Assembly (NCBI RefSeq): GCF_009914755.1
Contig: NC_060929.1
Source: the human T2T-CHM13v2.0 reference genome, Homo sapiens
Length of the DNA: 64,000 bases
Reading direction: 5' to 3' (one strand)
The notes beneath the pieces are model-generated. The model had not been told where the DNA came from. It did no database searches and worked only from the letters and a program-made list of their open reading frames with translations. The position numbers and the translations under genes are program-made. Below, in pieces: positions 56,740-64,000 of the stretch; within the stretch, counting starts at the first letter, position 1, and every line of letters starts with the position of its first letter.

Positions 56740-58050
56740 TTAGTGACACAAAGTTATTCTAGTGACTATCCATGTGGTAATTAATTTTTACACCATCTTT
56801 TCATAGCTGGATCTCACTGTGGTATTTATTGCTTTACATTTATTTATGAAAATGTTTTGCTGGATATTAAATTCAAGATTGGCAGTTATTTTGCCATTTT
56901 AAAGATGGTTTTCTGCCTTCCAACATTTTCGTTGTCATTCAAATTGTTTCTGTTTTAGAGGTAATGTATCTTTGTCTTTTCTCTTAGAGGTAATGTATCT
57001 CACACAACTTTCTCTGGATGCTTTGAGATTTTTCCTTATATTTTTAGTGGGAAAACTAAAATGTACCAACTATAAATTAAAAAAAAAATTATCCTTAGGT
57101 TTGTAGTGCTTCATCAATCTGAGACCTGATGTTCTTTGTCAGTTTTAGAAAACTCTTGGTTAGTATCTGTTTAAATGTTTAGTATCTAATTTAAACAGTT
57201 GTTCTGCCACATTCCTTTTTCTTCTTGGAGTCTGGTTAAAAAAAAAGTTGCACTATTTCCCATGCTGTTTTCTGTTTTTCATCCTTTTTCCTCTGTACCA
57301 ACCTATATATTTTCTTCTGATCTTTCAGTTCACTAATCTTCCATTCTGCAGTTAAATCCACTTTTTCAGGACTTCATTTTATTACATTTTTTTCAATTTA
57401 GAATTTCCATTTTTTTAAAGATACAGTTTCTGGCAAAATTCTTGTTACCTATTTTCTTAAACATTTTAATTATAATTACTTGAAAGTCTTGTCTGTCTTC
57501 AGTATCTGCATTATATGTATGTCTTTCTGGTTTTTCATCTTAACTTTTAGCCATTTAATCCTGATGCCTGTAGTGTCTACTTAGTTTGACTAAGTGGTAG
57601 ACATTGTACATGAAAAACTATGGAAACTAATGTTATTGCGTCCAGAAAGAATTGTTCTTACGGATGGTATAGGGTTAGTACATCTTGTAAAGGCTGTTCT
57701 ATTTCTGGTTTGCCCTTATCATGAAGGCACAGCCCTTCAGGGGTCTCAATGGAAAGCCTGAAATTCATTCTTTTTTCTCCTAGCACTATCAAACTACTGG
57801 ATTTGTAGTTAATTTTTTAGCCTTTTAGGAACTATTTTCTGCTTAGCGTCTCAGCTACACAGCCAGCTTAGGAACTGGCAACTGCCTTGAACGGAAAAGA
57901 TGTGGAGAATGTCGGGTTAATTATAGTATGATCTTGGCTCCTCAAATCTTAGCTGCTTTGGTTGTTCTCCAGTGCTTTCAAACAGTTGTTTTTCTGTTTT
58001 GTATTACTATTTTAAGTTTTATCCAACTAGGGTGGTTAGTCTGATACAGG
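56740..58050 (-). mobile_element. Old L1 (L1ME-like) antisense fragment
   Basis: T-rich tracts with ttttgctggata, tcttccagttcactaatc-like and tttagaatttccattt motifs. Confidence 0.55.
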
Positions 58051-58916
58051 CAACATTTAGGATTAGAAGTTTCCAATTCCTATTTTCCATGATTACTTTT
58101 AAGACATTCTCAAAGCATGAAAATATAGTCTTTATCTTTAATAAGTGTTAAGCTTGTCCTCTGTGTATTTTTGCTATGGCCTCCTAACATTAGCATGATA
58201 TAAAATCTTTAAAGCAGGAAACAGAAGTAACATTTATTGAGTTCCAAAAACATGCAGGCCCTTAATAAAGATTTTACCAATATTTTCAAGTCTAGTTGGA
58301 AAGATAGCACATTTCCAAAATGATATAAATTATTACCTAATATTGTACTTACATATCAAATGATTTGAAATAATACTAAAGGAAGACAAGAACATTTGTT
58401 GTACACAACTGTTCACTTAAACTCTAGAACAAGCATATGTATGAAGAGATGATGTTTCCATTTTAACAGGTGAAGAAAAATGATCAGTTTAGAAAAATTT
58501 GAAAATACAGAATCACCTACAATCTCCTTAGAGATAATTACTTAGAACATTTTTGGTCTAAGAACATTTCTAGTCTTTTTCCAGTGCATATAAAGCTTTT
58601 CAAATTAGCTGTGTGCAGTTCTAGCAGTTCAGCTTCAATCTGTTTGTAACTTTATTTCTAATGTATTTTACAATTAATTGAAATTTCTTTAGTTTACACT
58701 TTGAAATACTGATAACATTTTAATAGTGCTGACATAAAGTTTTCTAAAATATATATAGCTGACTTTTTTTTAGTAATGATCTGGTACAATGGAGTATTAT
58801 TTCTTTAAGAATTATAATTTTATGTTAATTATTTATTGTGAGTGTTTTGGAAGCTGGTATAAATATTTTGCTACTTTTTATTAAGCTTCCTAATAATTTT
58901 TGTTTTTATTTTAAAG

Positions 58917-59004
58917 GCCAAACTGTTTTCAGATAGTAGTTCAGCACTTTAGTGAAGAACATTACATCTTTTACTTTGCAGGAGAAACTCCAGAACAAGC
59001 AGAG
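58917..59004 (+). CDS. RASA1: RASA1 exon 12 (PH domain)
   Basis: ttttaaag|G CCA AAC TGT...GCA GAG|gtaaga; 88 nt; (R)PNCFQIVVQHFSEEHYIFYFAGETPEQAE. Confidence 0.97.
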
Positions 59005-59609
59005 GTAAGATTACTGTTTCTCAAACTACAGTATACTTTTATGTTAGCCCATGTTTTCTTATTAACTGGAATAGAAAATGATCGCATTCAAGATAAAGTG
59101 ACAGAACGCCTGAAATCTAATCATCTCTTATTTTAAGGAATGAGATTTCATATGTAAAAAGTTTTCTGAAAGAAATGCAAAAACAAACACAGTGAAGGGT
59201 TATTAGGAATGAAAACTCCATTTTAAATTGACCTTTAAATACTCTATGATGTTGAGGCCAACTGAGAATGCTCATTTAAAATCCTCTCTGCATAAAGGTT
59301 ATAGGTCATCTCAGTATAATCCAAAGGTAAGCCAGTTAACCAGTTAGTTTTGCTAACAAGCATTATTCTTCACTGGTTGAACTCCATGTCTGAAAATAAA
59401 AGTCAGTCAACACAAGGAAAGATATTTTAGGAATCTATTCTCTAAGCCAAGTCGAGATATAATGTCTACTTTAGATTAGCTATTAATCCATGTGCAGTGT
59501 CCTTCTTATAGCGTCTATTAAGTAATTGTGTGAAGAAATAATATTTTTTAAAAAACACTCTTTAAAAAATATTTTGCAACAAAGGGAGAACCCACCTCTA
59601 TAACAAAAG

Positions 59610-59770
59610 TAAAAAATTAGCTAGGTGTTCTGGCTTATGCCTGTAGTCCCAGCCACTGGGTAGAATGAGGCAGGAAGATTGCATTAGCACAGGAGTTTGA
59701 GTTACAGTGAGTAAGATCGAGACACTGTAAGCCAGCCTAGGCAACAAACTGAGACACTGTCTCTTAAAAA
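59610..59770 (+). mobile_element. Alu right monomer (FRAM-like)
   Basis: aaaattagctaggtg...gcctgtagtcccagc...gagacactgtctcttaaaaa. Confidence 0.85.
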
Positions 59771-61017
59771 ATTTTTTTGCTTTCTTTGAACCCTAATATT
59801 TCTGGAGTATATGGTTGTATTTTATACAAATACAGCTAAATTTCTGCTTATATTCTAACGAAGGAACTTAAAGGTGGTTAAGAAGTGAAAGTGGCTTTGT
59901 TGGAAATATAATTTGCCAACCCTAGATATGAGGAAGATGCTCTTAAAACTAGATCCTAGCGTGAGACTCACAGAATAAACCTGAATGAGCTTACAACTGA
60001 ACGTCATATTTCACATCTTTATCAAATATCTCATTTAATGCTCATTTCACATGTAATGCACATAAAATTTTACGGCTATGTATCCCTAATTTTTAGATGA
60101 GAAAGGTAGTGCTCAAAACATTTTGGTAACTTACATGATTTTTTTAAATGTTAGAAATTGAGTTAGAAATTTAAACTTCAGTATCCTATTTTCTAAGTAT
60201 TTTACCATGGTCCCTCTTTCTGAATAAAATGTCACATACCATAATGACATTTCAGCATGTTTTGCAAGCCTAACATAGAACATTTTTTAATGTATTTATA
60301 CATAATATTTCTGTATTTCCATAAATGGTATTTCCAGTTTTTGTTGATTTATTGGGCTGTGGGGGTCTCTGGTTATTCTCTTCTATTTCAAAAAGCTATG
60401 GTAACTGATTTGGTTTTAATTTGCTGTAATATAAAGACAGTCTCTAGATATTAATAAAGTTCAGCTTCATTGAAATAGCCAACAAACTAAAGACATAATT
60501 GAATAAAGCAATAGTACACAGCTTTCCAGAAATATGTAAAAACCAAAGTGAATATTTAGATTTGTTTTTAATAAACCTTAGTTCTCTCCTTTTCCCCAAA
60601 GCACTAGATAAACATTTTAAAAATATGGCTGCAATTTGATTTGAATATTAGGCTAAAATGATTTTTAAAATCTAATGTTATATTTGAGAAGCTTAAAAAT
60701 AACCCAAATCCCCTTATACATTTCTACCTGTATCATGGTCTAAAGTATAGATTAATATGCTTGTCATGGGATCGGTCATCACATTATCAGTTGGTTTTAC
60801 AATCAGCACTCTCCCCCTCTCACAAAGTGTATCAAGTTAAATTCCACCTAAGCTTGCCTCAAGTATAACAGCTTAATTATACAGTTAATTTCCCCAAGGT
60901 AGTATCTGTTTGGGAGAAATAGTTTCTTTAATGTAAATTTGATTTTTTGGCTAATTAATGGCCACTCGATGTGTTTCATACATAAATTCAAACAAAGATT
61001 TATACAGAATTACAATT

Positions 61018-61080
61018 GTTTTGGTTGTTTTATTATTGTTATTGTTATGTTATTGTTATTTTATTATTGGTTATTGTTAT
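61018..61080. repeat. (TTATTG)n-like low-complexity repeat
   Basis: ttattattgttattgttatgttattgttattttattattggttattgttat. Confidence 0.8.
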
Positions 61081-61222
61081 GAAGTACAGTATAGTCTGAG
61101 AATAGAAATGGCAGTCTAGAGAAGGAAAAAATTGTTGAATTTGAAAAAAAAAAACCTAACTGATGATTTGGAAGCCAAATAAACTAGTGTATATTTCTTT
61201 GAAGTGCTGTTTTTCTTTGCAG

Positions 61223-61300
61223 GATTGGATGAAAGGTCTGCAGGCATTTTGCAATTTACGGAAAAGTAGTCCAGGGACATCCAATAAACGCCTTCGTCAG
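61223..61300 (+). CDS. RASA1: RASA1 exon 13 (PH end, PH-C2 linker)
   Basis: ttctttgcag|GAT TGG ATG...CGT CAG|gtgaag; 78 nt; DWMKGLQAFCNLRKSSPGTSNKRLRQ (inside ORF 61163..61492). Confidence 0.97.
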
Positions 61301-62296
61301 GTGAAGCTTAATTTTCTTGGATTTTTAATTGTCACATTTTGCTCTAACACTTTGCTCTTTTTATTTTATTTTTATCTGAACTGTTTTGGACATCATATGG
61401 GGTTAAGCCATGCTGCCACTTGCTTCAGTAGCAGGAAAACGTTACTTCTTTATGAAAGAGAATGTTCTTTCTTAGTCCATGCCAACTGTTAAAAACATAA
61501 GAAAGATTATTCTTCCACTTTAAATAACAACACTAAACCAACACAGCAGAAACGGTTCTGTTGGGCACTTAATTTTCCTTCAAAAACTTATTTTGGCCTC
61601 TTTCAAAAAAGTAGAACATTGAAAAGATCATCAGATTTATAGCACTAATCCCAATAAACTTTTTTGGGATTTTCATTTTGAAGAACAGCTTTTAAAACCT
61701 ACTGCTTAACTCTTAGGAAATATTTAATCTTATTTGAAACTGTAACATGCCCTATACTTTGAGATTTGTGGAGAGTTAAGCTAGGCTTTCTCTTTTTTTT
61801 GCCTTTACAAGGGTAACTTTATAACCTCCATTTCTTGGCTTTTTTCTTTTTAGTAATCCCTGTATAATTGGAAGAAGTTAGGCAAATTTTGACATTCTCA
61901 AGGTTTAAAGAAAGTTTAGTACAATATTTATTTACTAACCAAAGTGTCTCCTGTTCTCTTTGTGCGAATATCTGATAAGCTGAGTGATTAACATACTGTT
62001 CTACTGGGAGTGGATAATGGTTGATATTTAGGTGACTAAATAGTCCCTGTAACCCAAAGTCTGGCTCTTCCCCAGGGAAATTTAAGTATACACACAATCG
62101 CCATGTCTTCATAACATTGTAACATTTTGTAAGCTATCAAAAATCAGATTGGATTTTTGCTAATAAGAGCAAGTTGTATTTTGTGTGAAACTTGAGCCAT
62201 TAAAATGACATTTGCAGGTTTAATATAATCATAGCTAACATCTCTCAAGCACTTTTTATGTATCAGTGGGCAGTGTGATTTAGTGATTTACATATA

Positions 62297-62590
62297 CTGT
62301 CAGCCCTTTCTATTCATGGGTTCTGCATCAGTGGACTCTACCAACCATGGGTCGAAAAAATACAATAAAAAGATACAGTATAACAACTATGTACATAGCA
62401 TTCACATTGTATTAGGTATTACAAGTAATCTAGAGATGATTTACGGCATACAGGGGGGCATGCATAGATTTTATGCAGATACTATGTCATTTTCTATACG
62501 GGACTTGAGCATCTTGGGCTTCGTTAGCTGCCAGGACAGAGAGGTGGAGGGTCTTGGAATCAGTCCCCCACAGATACTGAGGGATAACTA
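62297..62590. mobile_element. Tigger3/MER2-like MITE inserted in a MIR (about 62230-62720)
   Basis: ctgtcagccct...cagatactgagggataacta TIR-like ends; cacattgtattaggtattacaagtaatctagagatgattt core; MIR-like flanks. Confidence 0.8.
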
Positions 62591-63238
62591 GTTTGTAATA
62601 CTTATTACAACCTGTAGTGTAGACTTTATACTTACATATTAGAAAGATGAGGCTTAGAGGGACGGATTTGTGCAAGGCCACACAAGTAGTATATGGCAAG
62701 AGAGAAAGAGAACCTGATACTAGAAGGTGGATGGTCTAAGTTTTGGCATCCAAACTAACAAATAACTTAGTTTCTTTAGGTTTGTATCCTTTCCTGTAAA
62801 ATAAGAAGGTAAAGTCAGTGTTTTAAAAATTTTTAGCTGTGGAACTCTTTTATAGAAATAGAATCTTCCAGATAAGTATTATATAACATACGGGATTTTA
62901 ATTTGAGTAGTGACAGTTGTTTACTTATATTAATAAAGAATTTTCTTCTTAACTTCATTTTCTCTTTATCATTGTTTTATGGTAGAAAAGGTGTATTTCA
63001 TTATTTCTCCAGGAATATACTGGGAGAAATAACTTGTAAAATAAAATTGCATTGTTTTTATCTTTTAGGTGGGAAGAATTATTTTAAATGTCTGAATGTT
63101 TTAAGTATGTCATATACAAATATATAACCAAAGCTCACATTTTCTGAAAAAAAAGGGGAAAATAAGTCATTATTTTTGGCTTTGTATCTTAGAGTAATTG
63201 CTTTTGAAATGTAGTGCAATTCTAGAAATCTGGGGTAA

Positions 63239-63265
63239 TATATATATATATATTTTTTTTTTTTT
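63239..63265 (+). repeat. (TA)7-T13 tract forming the exon 14 acceptor
   Basis: Directly abuts the AG at 63266-63267. Confidence 0.95.
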
Positions 63266-63267
63266 AG

Positions 63268-63425
63268 GTCAGCAGCCTTGTTTTACATATTGAAGAAGCC
63301 CATAAACTCCCAGTAAAACATTTTACTAATCCATATTGTAACATCTACCTGAATAGTGTCCAAGTAGCAAAAACTCATGCAAGGGAAGGGCAAAACCCAG
63401 TATGGTCAGAAGAGTTTGTCTTTGA
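63268..63425 (+). CDS. RASA1: RASA1 exon 14 (C2 domain)
   Basis: T13 ag|GTC AGC AGC...GTC TTT GA|gtaagt; 158 nt; VSSLVLHIEEAHKLPVKHFTNPYCNIYLNSVQVAKTHAREGQNPVWSEEFVF(D). Confidence 0.98.
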
Positions 63426-63548
63426 GTAAGTCTTATTTTATCATTACATTAATCATTTTCTTTTACCATATTGCATTTCTTTCTGTTTTTTTGGTCTCTG
63501 TATCTAAACCATCAGAACAAGGTACCATATCCAGGTGTTCTAATAGCA

Positions 63549-63580
63549 TATATATATATATATATATTTTTTTTTTTTTT
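63549..63580 (+). repeat. (TA)9-T14 tract in intron 14
   Basis: Direct reading. Confidence 0.95.
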
Positions 63581-63944
63581 CTGTTGTTTGTTCACCTTTA
63601 TTTGTGAAGTGCTATGCCCTTGGTTTTTCCACTTAGTTATTAACATGAATTAGCAAGTCAAAAAACATTTACTAACCCACAAATACAAAACATTTACTAG
63701 GGTTTCCAGTACTTATTTGAATGAATTATTAGTTTAGGAGGTTAAAGATGGTAGGAAAAGTGTGTAATCTGCGTGTCTTCTGTATACCAAATAATAAAAT
63801 ATGTTGTGAATCTGGTTTTAGGTCTAGCACACTGTTTTTTTTTTTAAAGCAGAAATAGGGGGTTTATTTGATACTAGAACTAAAGAAATAAGGTAGTTTG
63901 ATGCCAAAACATTTTGTTAATTCTTTTTCTCCTTGCTCCTTTAG

Positions 63945-64000
63945 TGATCTTCCTCCTGACATCAATAGATTTGAAATAACTCTTAGTAATAAAACAAAGA
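63945..64000 (+). CDS. RASA1: RASA1 exon 15, truncated by window end (C2 domain)
   Basis: ctcctttag|T GAT CTT CCT CCT GAC...; DLPPDINRFEITLSNKTK, in frame with exon 14. Confidence 0.96.

Noticed and set aside
56955-57000. 17-bp direct repeat ttagaggtaatgtatct with a 12-nt spacer (CRISPR-like look)
   Set aside because: Only two copies, inside an old L1 in a eukaryotic intron; a local duplication

Overview
AT-rich primate genomic DNA, most likely human. It covers the 3' part of intron 1 and coding exons 2-15 (exon 15 truncated) of RASA1 (p120 RasGAP) on the + strand. The 14 exons splice into one open frame covering nSH2-SH3-cSH2-PH and the start of C2, and one intron is GC-AG. The rest is intron, rich in transposon fossils: 18 Alu copies or fragments, a two-LTR THE1D MaLR, several solo LTRs (one triple-nested stack), a near full-length Tigger1, two Charlie1 hATs, L1/L2/MIR pieces and a decayed piggyBac (Looper-like) element. 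There are no prokaryotic features, CRISPR arrays or recognisable RNA genes, and I see no evidence of a wholly new system. The best leads are: (1) two transposon-built terminal-exon cassettes on the - strand, plausibly used by the convergent CCNH gene; (2) Alu geometry favouring stop-free circular RNAs of exons 2-4 and 2-6; (3) splice-site oddities around exons 3/4, 8 and 14. Repeat subfamily names come from remembered consensus sequences, not a database search, and boundaries without a TSD are approximate.
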